Shown one piece after another: positions 50,508 to 60,377 of a DNA stretch of 64,000 bases; positions within the stretch are counted from its first letter, which is position 1; each line of letters begins with the position of its first letter. A model generated the notes under the pieces. It did no database searches. It was not told the DNA's origin and was given only the letters and a program-made list of their open reading frames with translations. A program made the position numbers and the translations under genes. Source of the DNA: a virus. Taxonomy: Duplodnaviria > Caudoviricetes. The DNA is taken from positions 29,788-93,787 of IMG/VR virus record IMGVR_UViG_2974729571_000001. One strand, written 5' to 3'.

Positions 50508-50538
50508 TAAAATAAGCCTAGCTTTACACTAGGCTTAT
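50508..50538 (-). terminator. Terminator hairpin after the SSB gene
   Basis: ATAAGCCTAG-7 nt-CTAGGCTTAT with a U-run on the minus strand. Confidence 0.7.
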
Positions 50539-50568
50539 AACATTATTAACGAAATATATTTGGATTAC

Positions 50569-51609
50569 TTAGAATGGAAGTCCACCATTGTCTTCTGAAT
50601 CAGGAGCAAATGCAGAACCTTCAGTTGGATTAAAAGTACCTGCCGCACCAAAGTTTGGCATACCACCCATATTAGGTTGAACAATTCCTGCACCCATTGC
50701 AATACCACCAATACCTGGGGCAGCTGCAAGATTAGGAGCTTTCTTTTGTTTTGATTGAACACCGTCCATAGGAGCAATACGTTCTTTAGTAATATCAAAC
50801 ATAAGACTAGGTTCTTTAAAATGAGTAGCATCCAACATGAACTTCTCTTCAAAGATACCTTGTCCGACAATGTTCGGGAATACTAAGTCGCCTTCTTCTG
50901 AACCTTGACCGGAGAAAGCCCAATCACCTTTGTTCTTGTAGTAACGATTAAGTCTGAACCAAAACTGTCTTTGGTTGCCTACTTTATCAAGTAATGCAGA
51001 CTTACCATTTTCACCACCTGTTTCAACAAGTTTAACTACATTGTCAAACAGAACTCCCCATGCCTTGATAACATCTTCTACTTCAACTGGTTCATACTGA
51101 CCATTATCATCATAGTCAACATAACCAAGTTCAAGCATTTCAGATTCTTCGTCAGTCATTTCACGACCTTTGAATACAACTACATCAAGGAAGTGTTTTA
51201 TCCAAGCAAAGTCCATATTAATAAACTTCTCTTTAGCACCGCCAGGAATATAGTCAACATTACTTTCATAAGCCCAGAATGTCTTACTAGCAACACGAAC
51301 ATCAGCAGGATTAGTATGAAGAGAAGTAGCTTCAATAACAAGCTGTGGAACAGCTTTTCCTGCAAATGCCGGACGCATATTGCTTTCTTCTTTCATAGTT
51401 ACCCAAGCAACACGAGCATGAAGATGACCAACAAATAACCAAAGATTATTAATAGCATCTTTGTGAGAGAACTTCTTACGAGAAGTAGTTCTTGTCTCAT
51501 TACTAATACCTCTACGACGCTTTTTAGGAGCAGTAGTTGCAGCACTATTAGCTGGTTGATTTACTACTGATTCATCTACTTTGGCAGTTCCTTCTTTTTG
51601 AGTACTCAT
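50569..51609 (-). CDS. Putative single-stranded DNA-binding protein
   Basis: Gly/Pro-rich linker and acidic DSEDNGGLPF C-terminus, an SSB-tail signature. Start MSTQKEG at 51609. Confidence 0.6.
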   Translation of the reverse strand: MSTQKEGTAKVDESVVNQPANSAATTAPKKRRRGISNETRTTSRKKFSHKDAINNLWLFVGHLHARVAWVTMKEESNMRPAFAGKAVPQLVIEATSLHTNPADVRVASKTFWAYESNVDYIPGGAKEKFINMDFAWIKHFLDVVVFKGREMTDEESEMLELGYVDYDDNGQYEPVEVEDVIKAWGVLFDNVVKLVETGGENGKSALLDKVGNQRQFWFRLNRYYKNKGDWAFSGQGSEEGDLVFPNIVGQGIFEEKFMLDATHFKEPSLMFDITKERIAPMDGVQSKQKKAPNLAAAPGIGGIAMGAGIVQPNMGGMPNFGAAGTFNPTEGSAFAPDSEDNGGLPF

Positions 51610-51684
51610 AAAAATTGTTTTTATAAAGATTAATACTAGCAATAACAAGTTGTACAGGCTTGCTATTGTTTATTGCAAAGTTTC

Positions 51685-51716
51685 CAAATATAATAAATTT
51701 CAAAATTATAGCCAAT
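51685..51716 (-). promoter_or_regulatory. Bacteroidota-type promoter
   Basis: Minus strand ATTG-N20-TATATTTG upstream of the SSB gene. Confidence 0.55.
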
Positions 51717-51754
51717 AAAAAAGAGCTAAATTCAATTAAGAATTTAGCTCTTTA
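51717..51754. terminator. Bidirectional intrinsic terminator
   Basis: AAAAGAGCTAAATTC-AATTAA-GAATTTAGCTCTTTT. Confidence 0.85.
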
Positions 51755-51780
51755 TAATCTAACTATTACCGGAAGAAGTT

Positions 51781-52536
51781 TTATTTAGCTGACTGACGAA
51801 CAGAAGGTTCTCCATCAGATTGGAAGACAATCTTGTAAGCACTAACTTCAACAGTTTCTTTTTCGTCACCGATAACTCTACCAGTTTCAACAGCAACAGA
51901 GAAAGGTTCGTTAAGTTTAACCTCGAATACACGGTTGATTTTCTCTGCATCTTCACCGAGATTCTCTTTCAGTTCATTCCACATACTGGAATCAGAGAAA
52001 GTCAACGGCAAACCAACACCATTAAGATTGGAAGAAGTAGAAGTACGTGCACCAGAGTAAGCACGAGTAACAGGAGCATAATCATCAATAGTGATTTCTT
52101 CTACTGACTTGCCAAGTTCCTCTGCAATCTTCTCTTTGTTCAGTTCAAAAGCAGCAGCCTTTTGTTCAGCTGTCATACGAACACCAACAAGTTTAACTTT
52201 ACCGTCTTTCTCGAACAAAGGTACACCTTTACAGATACCATATTTACCGAAGTTCTGAATAAGAATAGCACGAGCAGCTTCTGTACCAAACTCAACATTG
52301 TTCTCTTCGCACCATGCCATTACTTCGGCATCACGTTCAGCAATAGATGCATCAATATCAGCAATATTACTAACAAACTGAACTGTATCGCCAGGAACAA
52401 GACCCATGATACGAGTAACCGCACCTGTAAGACTAAATTTAGCTTTAGTACTATTAGCTGTCAATGTAGGTTCGTTACTAGATTGCATTGCTCTCTTACC
52501 ACTCTGTACTGCGGAAAATCCAAATTGAAGTCCCAT
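51781..52536 (-). CDS. Hypothetical protein, probably highly expressed
   Basis: 251 aa with strong optimal-codon bias (CGT, GGT, TTC, AAC) and its own terminator. Confidence 0.75.
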   Translation of the reverse strand: MGLQFGFSAVQSGKRAMQSSNEPTLTANSTKAKFSLTGAVTRIMGLVPGDTVQFVSNIADIDASIAERDAEVMAWCEENNVEFGTEAARAILIQNFGKYGICKGVPLFEKDGKVKLVGVRMTAEQKAAAFELNKEKIAEELGKSVEEITIDDYAPVTRAYSGARTSTSSNLNGVGLPLTFSDSSMWNELKENLGEDAEKINRVFEVKLNEPFSVAVETGRVIGDEKETVEVSAYKIVFQSDGEPSVRQSAK

Positions 52537-52658
52537 AATTGTAAAATTTTAAATGATTAATAATTAATTATTAAAAGCGAGCATATAGCTCATTGTTAGC
52601 GTAAAGTTTTGTCTTATTTCGTATCTATTGATTAGCAATAGTTAGACTTCTATTACTA

Positions 52659-53573
52659 TCAAATCTCTACAATATCAGCATCATCAATACTCATATTGTT
52701 CACTATCTTAGCTTCTGTTGTTTCCATACAACCAAGTATTACATCAGCCGCTATATCACGAGCTGCAAGCGTAAAAGCTCTATGACCGATAAGTGTTCTC
52801 ATATACTTAGTATAAGTATCTTTACTAGCAAGTCCGGCAGTTACAGCATCGCTATAACTAAAATGACCAATACTAGTAATAACTCTATTATCTACTATAC
52901 GAGTAAGTTTATATTCAGTAATATAATCACAAGGAACATTAGGTATTCGGAATATTGGAACTAATCCTTTCGCTGCAATATCTTTAGCTTGTTGTTGATT
53001 AACTGCAACACCGAATTTATTATTCAACTGATATTCCTTGTAGATTGTACCGTTATAATCTTGATAATTTCTAACTGGATAAATACCAATTTCGTCATTA
53101 TCAGAACTAGCATTAAATTCATCAGCTTCTCTCTTGCTTTTGAATCTCCTACAATAGTCAGGTATCTTACTATCTATATAAACATTATTACCGTCTGTAT
53201 ATTCATACAGAGCTATATAATCTTTTGTGCACTCCCATGTTATAGCTGCCTTCAATAATAATGCTTTGATTAAGTGAACGTCTAATGTAGTTTTACCATT
53301 AATAACTCCTAGATGTTCAATACAACTAGTAAACGGTAAACCTAACTCTTTAGCACGGCTATATATTGCAAGACCGTCTTGAATAGTCTTAATACCGCAC
53401 TTATCACTAGACATTACTGATTTCAGATACGACTCTAACTTACTCCTATCATCGGGATTGTAAATGTTTAGGGTATTAAGAGCAGAAGCCATAATCATAC
53501 TACTATTATTTGATTTTGCTTTTGGTTCTGTCTTAGCTAGAGTTCTTTCATTCTCTGTCTTTACTTCTTCCAT
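52659..53573 (-). CDS. RecT/Sak-like single-strand annealing protein
   Basis: ELGLP...I-H--VINGK and FSYSDAVTAGLASKDTY-KY-R-L---RA---AAR motifs. Confidence 0.7.
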   Translation of the reverse strand: MEEVKTENERTLAKTEPKAKSNNSSMIMASALNTLNIYNPDDRSKLESYLKSVMSSDKCGIKTIQDGLAIYSRAKELGLPFTSCIEHLGVINGKTTLDVHLIKALLLKAAITWECTKDYIALYEYTDGNNVYIDSKIPDYCRRFKSKREADEFNASSDNDEIGIYPVRNYQDYNGTIYKEYQLNNKFGVAVNQQQAKDIAAKGLVPIFRIPNVPCDYITEYKLTRIVDNRVITSIGHFSYSDAVTAGLASKDTYTKYMRTLIGHRAFTLAARDIAADVILGCMETTEAKIVNNMSIDDADIVEI

Positions 53574-53603
53574 TATTTCAAAGGTCGCTTATTGATTACT
53601 CTA

Positions 53604-53634
53604 CAAAGATACTAATTTCTTTGTTAACTCCAAA
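53604..53634 (-). promoter_or_regulatory. Consensus Bacteroidota promoter
   Basis: Minus strand TTTG-N19-TATCTTTG, 30 nt upstream of ATG 53573. Confidence 0.8.
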
Positions 53635-53646
53635 GACTAGCATCAA

Positions 53647-55122
53647 TTATTCTCCTATTATGAAATCAATTTCATTATCTTTAACTATTTCATAGTCTTT
53701 TCCTCCTTTCGTCTCTATTAACTTCTTCTCTTCGTTCGTACCTCGACAATATATCTTATATATAATGTTAGGTACAGAACTAAAAGATAGATTAGGTATT
53801 CGATATTTTAAGTCTCGTATGGAGCTACAAAGAGGTGACGTGAAAATTACAACGTCTACAACTCCTTTAAAGCTCGTATCAATAGAATTATTTGCCGACA
53901 ATACTTTCATATAGTCGTCATTAAACAGTTCCAAATTTCGCGTTCTTTGGGCTTGAGCTTTTATGATTACAGGCTGTCCGACTTTAGCTCCTGATTTATA
54001 TACTTTAGGTTTTCCGTTTTTGTCATAAGCCTGTATTCCTTCCATATCGTTATGATAGTTTCCGCAATAATCATACTGTAATATACTTATTCCAGTTTGG
54101 AATATCTCACCATTAGTCATAATAGATTTGCCCTCATACTTTATATTAGCATTTAGATATTCTGTTACTTTACTGGCAAATACTCCATTTTTTGAAATAA
54201 TTAGTATTCTCTTGCCTATATTTTCCTTAACTATATCAAGTATAGCATCTAGCTTAACAATATTATCAGTTATTATCTTAGTTCTTTCTCTGATAATATT
54301 ATAAGTTTGATTAACTCTCTCAATTAAAGAACTAGGATTATATAGTTCGTCTATCTTACGACACATAGCATCAGTCATATCCATTTTAGCTGACCAACCA
54401 TTACTTTCCGCTACTTGTAATCTACAAGTTTCAGCTGCAATATTTAATCTAGGATTACCAGTACGACATTCTTCTAACTTATCAAAACTACCAAATATAG
54501 TAACACTTTCATTAATATATTGGCTACATCTATCATAATAGATTCTATCAGCATCAGTTAGGACAACACCCTTTTGGTACTCCTTTATGGGGGAATGAAT
54601 AGAACGATTAATTAAGTGAGCATAATTAATTTCATATACTTTAGGAGCATACTTATACATAAGTACAGCATTATCAGCAACACTATCAATAGCATTAGTA
54701 GCAAGTAGCTTAAACTTAAAATAGTTACCACTATATTTCTCTGCAATCTTTCTGAACTTCTTTACATTAATAGTAATAAGTACATCTTTATGACTATTAG
54801 AACTCGGTTTATATGGAGAACGTTCAACATAATCACGAGTAAGTATAAGACATCGCTTATCAGTTATTAATTGTTTATGAATCTCTTTAAATTCAGAAGT
54901 ATTATCGAGATAATAATTAATGTTAGCTCTATCTTCCATAGTCTCTGTTATAATAAGAGACGTTAAATCAGGAGTTTTAGCTACCATTTTATCTAACACC
55001 ATTGTAACAAAGTTCATTACACTTAGTGGTTCAGATAGAATAACACTACCCACGCCTTTGTTAGCAGACCATTTATTAGCAGCTTCATTATAAATATCAG
55101 TTACATCATTCATTTTAATCAA
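53647..55122 (-). CDS. SF2 helicase-like protein with degenerate ATPase motifs
   Basis: SF2-like framework (W---KG-G, KRILI, C-terminal IY--Y-RGTNEE) but no GKT or DExH. Confidence 0.55.
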   Translation of the reverse strand: MIKMNDVTDIYNEAANKWSANKGVGSVILSEPLSVMNFVTMVLDKMVAKTPDLTSLIITETMEDRANINYYLDNTSEFKEIHKQLITDKRCLILTRDYVERSPYKPSSNSHKDVLITINVKKFRKIAEKYSGNYFKFKLLATNAIDSVADNAVLMYKYAPKVYEINYAHLINRSIHSPIKEYQKGVVLTDADRIYYDRCSQYINESVTIFGSFDKLEECRTGNPRLNIAAETCRLQVAESNGWSAKMDMTDAMCRKIDELYNPSSLIERVNQTYNIIRERTKIITDNIVKLDAILDIVKENIGKRILIISKNGVFASKVTEYLNANIKYEGKSIMTNGEIFQTGISILQYDYCGNYHNDMEGIQAYDKNGKPKVYKSGAKVGQPVIIKAQAQRTRNLELFNDDYMKVLSANNSIDTSFKGVVDVVIFTSPLCSSIRDLKYRIPNLSFSSVPNIIYKIYCRGTNEEKKLIETKGGKDYEIVKDNEIDFIIGE

Positions 55123-57310
55123 ATAAAGTATTTCTCATTCCATAGTATTTCTTAACTAAACGTTTACCTTTACCTTTATTATTACGACTTTGTTCTATTG
55201 GTTCTATAATAGCCATAGCTTCATTATAATAATATAAGTAATTAACATTTAATTCAGATATATCAGTATCATCAACAGTATTACATATAGAAACACGTTG
55301 ACCTGCACATAGAGAACTCTTTTTAACTTGTTCTTCATTATGCTCATTCCAGCCCATACTCTCGACTTTCATCAATGTTCCCCCCGTAGAGGAAATGTAA
55401 AACCTTGTATTCCTCTGTACCACATCTGTTCTTATCTTTCCGTCTACGACATGAGTAAACTCTAGTCTATACTTATGATTAACATTTTGAGTACGACAGA
55501 AATCAAGAATAGATTTAGCATTTCTAAGAGTTTCCATTACAGGAGTTCCATTAATAAAGTATTCAGTAACACATTTAGCTACAATAGGAGAATTATATCC
55601 TTTAGATAAATCCTCTAAGAACATCTTAGGATTCATTCTACCTTTGAACTTACTACTTCCACCACGTTTAACAGTAAGATAACTATTAACGCCTTCGGTT
55701 ACATACTTTGTATAATATGTAAATTCTAGCTCTAACCCTAGATGTTTCTCCCACCAATGACAAATATCATCAGCAGTTTGTTCTAATTCTCTAGGAACAA
55801 TAGTTACAATACCATCTGTATTAGCACTTATAACATGAATACCTGCAAGTTCAAGTTTCTCTATTAACATCAATAAAAATAACTGACCGTTAATAGTAAC
55901 TTGATACATTGCTTTCTTGTCACATAAGAAAGACTTTTCACTTCCCATTTTACCAAATATACCAGCATTTGCTACAATCTTTAGACAAGCAGCAGCAGTA
56001 GCATGTTTATCTCTCTCCATAACATCAAGAGATTTATCTTTGGCTAAATGTTTATGTTCTAGTCGTTCATCAACAATAGTATCAGCTATACGAAACCATG
56101 CTTTAGGAATAAGGTGTTTCTGACATACTTTAAGACTACGTATCATATTAGGATAATAACTTGCAACATCTCTGTCAACAATAATACTATCAGAATTTTC
56201 AACATATACGGCTGGAATCTCATTTGAATGTAGACCCCCAGTTGCGATGGTATAGGACGTGCCCATAAAGGTAAATTCTCGGTCAAATTCGCCCTTTTCT
56301 CCCTTCAAGGTAAGGGAACGTATGCCTGACAAAATATCGTTCAATTCAGGGGTCGAAAATGCGATTTTATCTGACAAGATTTCGGAAACCAAGATTTTCC
56401 TACGTATTGTCTTAGTATCAATAAAGGCTTTAGGATGTAGACCAGTGAACTTACTATATAGTTTAACAATAACTTTATCAGCTATTGTACTTCTACTAGC
56501 AGAATACACATCTACTTTATATTCCTCACTAATACGATACCTTAGAAGAACTTCTTCCTGATTCATCCTGATTAACTCGGCAACAATATATACATCATTG
56601 TCGTTATAATCAGCCATTTCATTAAGATATTCTTTAGGAATAAATCGCTCAAATACATTACGATAATGAATGTTAAGTTCTCTATCAGTCATTCCCTTTG
56701 CTTCGGGTAATCTCTCGTGATAATAATGTCTATCTAAATCACCAATAGGTGGCATAGTATACTCTTTTAGATTATACCATTTAATATTAATAGAAGTCTG
56801 TTTAAGACTTTTATGATAATGGTCTAACCTAAATATTTGGAATAAATCTAAATCTCTAAATGCAACGTTATTACGAAGTATAAGAGAAGTGAAGTTATCA
56901 GTCCAAAGAGTATCATTATTAGAACTACGAATAACTCTCTGTGATGTTTCATATAAGAATGTAATTAACTTACTAGGTTTATCAAATTGATTATAATACA
57001 TAAGTAATGCACTTAACATTAAGCGGTCGTACTTCCGATTATTATATCCGAAATAATCTGCTTTCTGTTGTAACCAATATAATAAACTGAATAAATCAGT
57101 ATCATCATCTTCATATAAAACAAAACGTTTCTTAGGTATTGTTTCTAAACGTTGTTTTATCTCTGCAATAGTAAGTTTATCAACAAGAGGAATAGCTTTT
57201 CCATCATTATCGACACAATCACTAAATATTTTGAGATAACTACGTAAATCAACAAATACTACCGAGAAGTAATTTCTAGTTACTTCGACATCATAACACA
57301 TAGAACTCAT
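55115..57310 (-). CDS. polB: Family B DNA polymerase with 3'-5' exonuclease
   Basis: Exonuclease motifs YDVE, GYNNRKYD, YNDNDV; polymerase motifs DVASYYPN, KIVANAGIFG, ANTDG. Confidence 0.9.
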   Translation of the reverse strand: MSSMCYDVEVTRNYFSVVFVDLRSYLKIFSDCVDNDGKAIPLVDKLTIAEIKQRLETIPKKRFVLYEDDDTDLFSLLYWLQQKADYFGYNNRKYDRLMLSALLMYYNQFDKPSKLITFLYETSQRVIRSSNNDTLWTDNFTSLILRNNVAFRDLDLFQIFRLDHYHKSLKQTSINIKWYNLKEYTMPPIGDLDRHYYHERLPEAKGMTDRELNIHYRNVFERFIPKEYLNEMADYNDNDVYIVAELIRMNQEEVLLRYRISEEYKVDVYSASRSTIADKVIVKLYSKFTGLHPKAFIDTKTIRRKILVSEILSDKIAFSTPELNDILSGIRSLTLKGEKGEFDREFTFMGTSYTIATGGLHSNEIPAVYVENSDSIIVDRDVASYYPNMIRSLKVCQKHLIPKAWFRIADTIVDERLEHKHLAKDKSLDVMERDKHATAAACLKIVANAGIFGKMGSEKSFLCDKKAMYQVTINGQLFLLMLIEKLELAGIHVISANTDGIVTIVPRELEQTADDICHWWEKHLGLELEFTYYTKYVTEGVNSYLTVKRGGSSKFKGRMNPKMFLEDLSKGYNSPIVAKCVTEYFINGTPVMETLRNAKSILDFCRTQNVNHKYRLEFTHVVDGKIRTDVVQRNTRFYISSTGGTLMKVESMGWNEHNEEQVKKSSLCAGQRVSICNTVDDTDISELNVNYLYYYNEAMAIIEPIEQSRNNKGKGKRLVKKYYGMRNTLFD

Positions 57311-57323
57311 ATACTTATACTTT

Positions 57324-58781
57324 TTATTTACCGTAACACAAATATAAACGATTTTTGCATCTACTACAAGCTGTATATAATCTACGAAGAGTATTATCTA
57401 TATCTCCCCAAGGATTACCAGTACGCATATCAAATACAATATCATTTACATCTATATATACATCGGCATAAGTACTACCCTGTGCTTTATGACTAGTAAG
57501 AGCAAAACCGTAATCTAAATCACGACTAAACTTTATTTTACCAGTAGACCTATCTAATAAGTTGGCTAGTAACAAGTTTCTCTCTCTAAATTCATAGTAT
57601 TCCTTCCAACGCTTACTTCTATTATATTTCTCTGCATTAATTGCATTTTGAATATAAGTTTCACCTAACTTATAATAAAGCATAACATTATTAAAATTAG
57701 AATGGTCTACTACAAATAAAGGTTTAGTTCTATTGCCACCATTAACTTGAATAAACGTAACGTTAAATCCAAAGATTTCATCTTTATTAGTAAAATTCTT
57801 AATATCATGTATTATATAATCTTCAGAATTTACAATAATAGTATCTTTAAACTCATCAACAAAAGTATTATAAGACATTACTAAATCATTACGAGTTAGA
57901 ATTGCTTTATCACTACCTTCAATGATATTTTTACGAATGAATTTATTCCATTCAGATACAGACTTATTAGTATAAGTTATTAGTCGACAAGTATCAACAT
58001 CTCTAGTAAACTCTTCGTTATAAAATCCGTTTATTACAAGAGATTGAAACTCGTATGCACCACAAGTATAATATCCTTTAGTTTGAGTTGAATCAAAAGC
58101 ATATCTATTTTTATTGATATATTCTAGGAATTTCCAACTCCTATTATCAATATCTTTTCTTAGTATCTTTAATAACTCACTAACAGGATTATCTTCTTCT
58201 TGTCTAACAATCTGTCTAAGAGTATAAAACTTAACATTATCAAAACAACGTGAACGAGACTCTTTAACAGGTGGTAATTGGTAATTATCACCCATATAAA
58301 TAAGCATACATTCAAACTGTTCACATTCTCTTTCTATAAGAGTTTTAAGATTAATACCAATCATAGACGCTTCATCAACAATATATAACTTATATTGTTT
58401 AATCTTCTTTTCAGCCAAAGGGTCAAAAGGAGGATTATTAACATCAAAATCAGTAACATCGGTATTAAGTCTCAAACCTAAATCACTAGCCACAGTAGAC
58501 GTAGAATATCCAGTAGATGCACGAAGTACACGAGCTGCCTTATGAGTAGGAGCTGCAAGACCAACAACAGATTTAGATAAACCACATCGTCTAATTACTT
58601 CACGTATCATATAAGTTTTACCCGTACCAGCAGCACCAATAAGTGCACGCTTATAATCACCTGCAACATAACCTCTTTCTATAAAGGCAACAAGATTTTC
58701 ATAAGCAATCTTTTGGTCACGAGTAAAACTACTCAAGACTTTATCGTCTTTCTTAGCATCATCAAACTTTTCAAAATTCAT
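57324..58781 (-). CDS. SF1B Dda/RecD-like DNA helicase
   Basis: GAAGTGKT, APTHKAA, IVDEASM, GDNYQLPPV, L-QIVRQ, TSHKAQGST, LYTACSR. Confidence 0.9.
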   Translation of the reverse strand: MNFEKFDDAKKDDKVLSSFTRDQKIAYENLVAFIERGYVAGDYKRALIGAAGTGKTYMIREVIRRCGLSKSVVGLAAPTHKAARVLRASTGYSTSTVASDLGLRLNTDVTDFDVNNPPFDPLAEKKIKQYKLYIVDEASMIGINLKTLIERECEQFECMLIYMGDNYQLPPVKESRSRCFDNVKFYTLRQIVRQEEDNPVSELLKILRKDIDNRSWKFLEYINKNRYAFDSTQTKGYYTCGAYEFQSLVINGFYNEEFTRDVDTCRLITYTNKSVSEWNKFIRKNIIEGSDKAILTRNDLVMSYNTFVDEFKDTIIVNSEDYIIHDIKNFTNKDEIFGFNVTFIQVNGGNRTKPLFVVDHSNFNNVMLYYKLGETYIQNAINAEKYNRSKRWKEYYEFRERNLLLANLLDRSTGKIKFSRDLDYGFALTSHKAQGSTYADVYIDVNDIVFDMRTGNPWGDIDNTLRRLYTACSRCKNRLYLCYGK

Positions 58782-59136
58782 TGCATTTTAGTAAGAATCT
58801 ATTAATATTATCACGACATTTAAGTATATAACCTTTAACAGACAATCCTATCTTAAATGGAATATAACAACTAGGCATAACACAATAAGCATCAGTACAT
58901 CTAACAATCTTAGTAGGTCTACCATGACTATCTAGTGCACGAGTATATATTGTTTTAAAACCTTTACATGAGTACGAACGTTCAGATAACATAATAAGTT
59001 CATCACTATCTTTAGGTTTAAACTTATACATGTTATCATGTAGAACAATAGTTCCAGTAACAATCTGCATTATTACTTTCTCACGAGGAATCTTCTTTTC
59101 CTCATTTACCGCTGATAGTTTGAAACTTAATCCCAC
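58771..59136 (-). CDS. Hypothetical protein
   Basis: 121-aa ORF overlapping the helicase start. Confidence 0.65.
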   Translation of the reverse strand: MGLSFKLSAVNEEKKIPREKVIMQIVTGTIVLHDNMYKFKPKDSDELIMLSERSYSCKGFKTIYTRALDSHGRPTKIVRCTDAYCVMPSCYIPFKIGLSVKGYILKCRDNINRFLLKCNEF

Positions 59137-59140
59137 AATA

Positions 59141-59392
59141 TTAAGGTTTGACTATTTGGTTAACACTATACTGTACGCAACACGTTCCTTTACGGGGGAA
59201 TATCTTATATTTATCAGTATTCATAATTCTAGGTAATGGAGTAATTTCACAACATCTATCACTATGAACATCTACGATAATACAATGATAAGCATTAACA
59301 CATAAATCATGAGATATAACAGCTTTAAGTCCTTCAAAATATACATCAAAAGTACTATCAGGATTAACACATTGTTTTAAATCTACAACCAT
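59141..59392 (-). CDS. Small Cys-containing hypothetical protein
   Basis: Start MVVDLKQ at 59392. Confidence 0.6.
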   Translation of the reverse strand: MVVDLKQCVNPDSTFDVYFEGLKAVISHDLCVNAYHCIIVDVHSDRCCEITPLPRIMNTDKYKIFPRKGTCCVQYSVNQIVKP

Positions 59393-59393
59393 A

Positions 59394-59705
59394 TTAATTA
59401 GCTTTAGTTTTATATATTTCGTATAACTTACTAAATTCATCAGAGGGCATACAAACAATAGGAACATTAGTATGCATTTGTTCTTTAGGAACAATACAGT
59501 TTCTTGCAGTAACTATTCTATCATCTTCAACAAACATTGTTTCAAGAACTAGACAATTACCAGCATTTAATATTTCCTTACACTTAGGACAGATATAAAT
59601 AGTATCCGTACCAAACACAAGAAGCTCATCGCCACAAACTAGACATTTGCCAGTCGTGACAATGAGCTTACCATTATCTTGTTTAAACTCATTTAGCTTG
59701 GACAT
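59394..59705 (-). CDS. Zinc-finger protein
   Basis: CLVCG...CPKC. Start MSKLNEF at 59705. Confidence 0.65.
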   Translation of the reverse strand: MSKLNEFKQDNGKLIVTTGKCLVCGDELLVFGTDTIYICPKCKEILNAGNCLVLETMFVEDDRIVTARNCIVPKEQMHTNVPIVCMPSDEFSKLYEIYKTKAN

Positions 59706-59835
59706 AACTAGGAATACGTCTCCTTTCTTCCATTCTAATGAGTTTAATACTAGTACTTTCAAGTACATTAAGAGTAAAAGCTACTAATTTGTAACTTCTC
59801 TCACTTTTTCCAAGTTTAATTTTCTTCTTAATCAT
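59689..59835 (-). CDS. 48-aa basic peptide (MIKKKIKLGKSERSYKLVAF...)
   Basis: Translated by hand; fills the gap. Confidence 0.45.
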   Translation of the reverse strand: MIKKKIKLGKSERSYKLVAFTLNVLESTSIKLIRMEERRRIPSYVQAK

Positions 59836-59857
59836 TACGTTTAGTATTTAATTATTA

Positions 59858-60178
59858 TTATTTAATAGGAGCATCTGACCGCTCCGCTTCGCTCCGCTTA
59901 TTCCCCCGTAGAGGAGTTGTGAATTGTTTAACCTTTTGCTTAATTTCATCTATAATAGCTTTATTCTTATCAATACTATCGTTACTATAAAGATTATAAC
60001 TATGTGTTTCATCAATATTTCTATTAATATCAAGAACAAATAGATACATACTAATATAAGAAGTATTGTTAAGATTACAATTAGTATAAAGGTCACTAGA
60101 GAGTTTAGTACTATACAACAGACTAAGCTGTATTTTCTGTAACTCTCTAAACAATTTAGTAAATTCTTTCTTATTCAT
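59858..60178 (-). CDS. Hypothetical protein
   Basis: 106 aa. The C-terminal tail (PLRGNKRSEAERS) is dictated by the overlapping DNA motif and hairpin. Confidence 0.6.
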   Translation of the reverse strand: MNKKEFTKLFRELQKIQLSLLYSTKLSSDLYTNCNLNNTSYISMYLFVLDINRNIDETHSYNLYSNDSIDKNKAIIDEIKQKVKQFTTPLRGNKRSEAERSDAPIK

Positions 60179-60210
60179 GTCAGTATATTAGTTTTAATTA
60201 ATAATCATAG

Positions 60211-60235
60211 AAAAAGGAGCAGACGCTTCTGCTCC
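60211..60235 (-). terminator. Intrinsic terminator
   Basis: Minus strand GGAGCAGA-AGCG-UCUGCUCC followed by U5. Confidence 0.8.
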
Positions 60236-60268
60236 AAGCTAAATAATTAATATTTATAAAAGTCCTAA

Positions 60269-60342
60269 TTCTATCTCACGACAGTAATTTAAATTAGGGG
60301 TAAAAATTAGATTAAGTTCTGTTCTATCTCACGACAGTAATT
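60269..60342 (-). repeat. Two 21-bp direct repeats, each a CUGUC-GUGA-GAUAG RNA hairpin
   Basis: TTCTATCTCACGACAGTAATT at 60269-60289 and 60322-60342. Confidence 0.85.
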
Positions 60343-60377
60343 AATAAACTTGTATTAAACACAAATACTATGTATTT

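Noticed and set aside
18445-56271. Degenerate motif-like strings at about 18445 (CTAGTATGGGGAG), 30485 (TTCCCCTCTAAAG) and 56261 (GCCCATAAAGG)
   Set aside because: They lack the invariant TAYGGGGG core and were not counted, although the first two fall in long gaps and may be decayed sites.
26981-58781. Inteins or group I introns in vRNAP, PolB, primase or helicase
   Set aside because: ORFs are continuous, with no C...HN-[CST] intein ends or LAGLIDADG motifs recognised.
60269-60342. 21-bp repeats with a 32-bp spacer as a mini-CRISPR array
   Set aside because: Only two units, repeat shorter than typical, no cas genes; better explained as members of the GUGA hairpin family.
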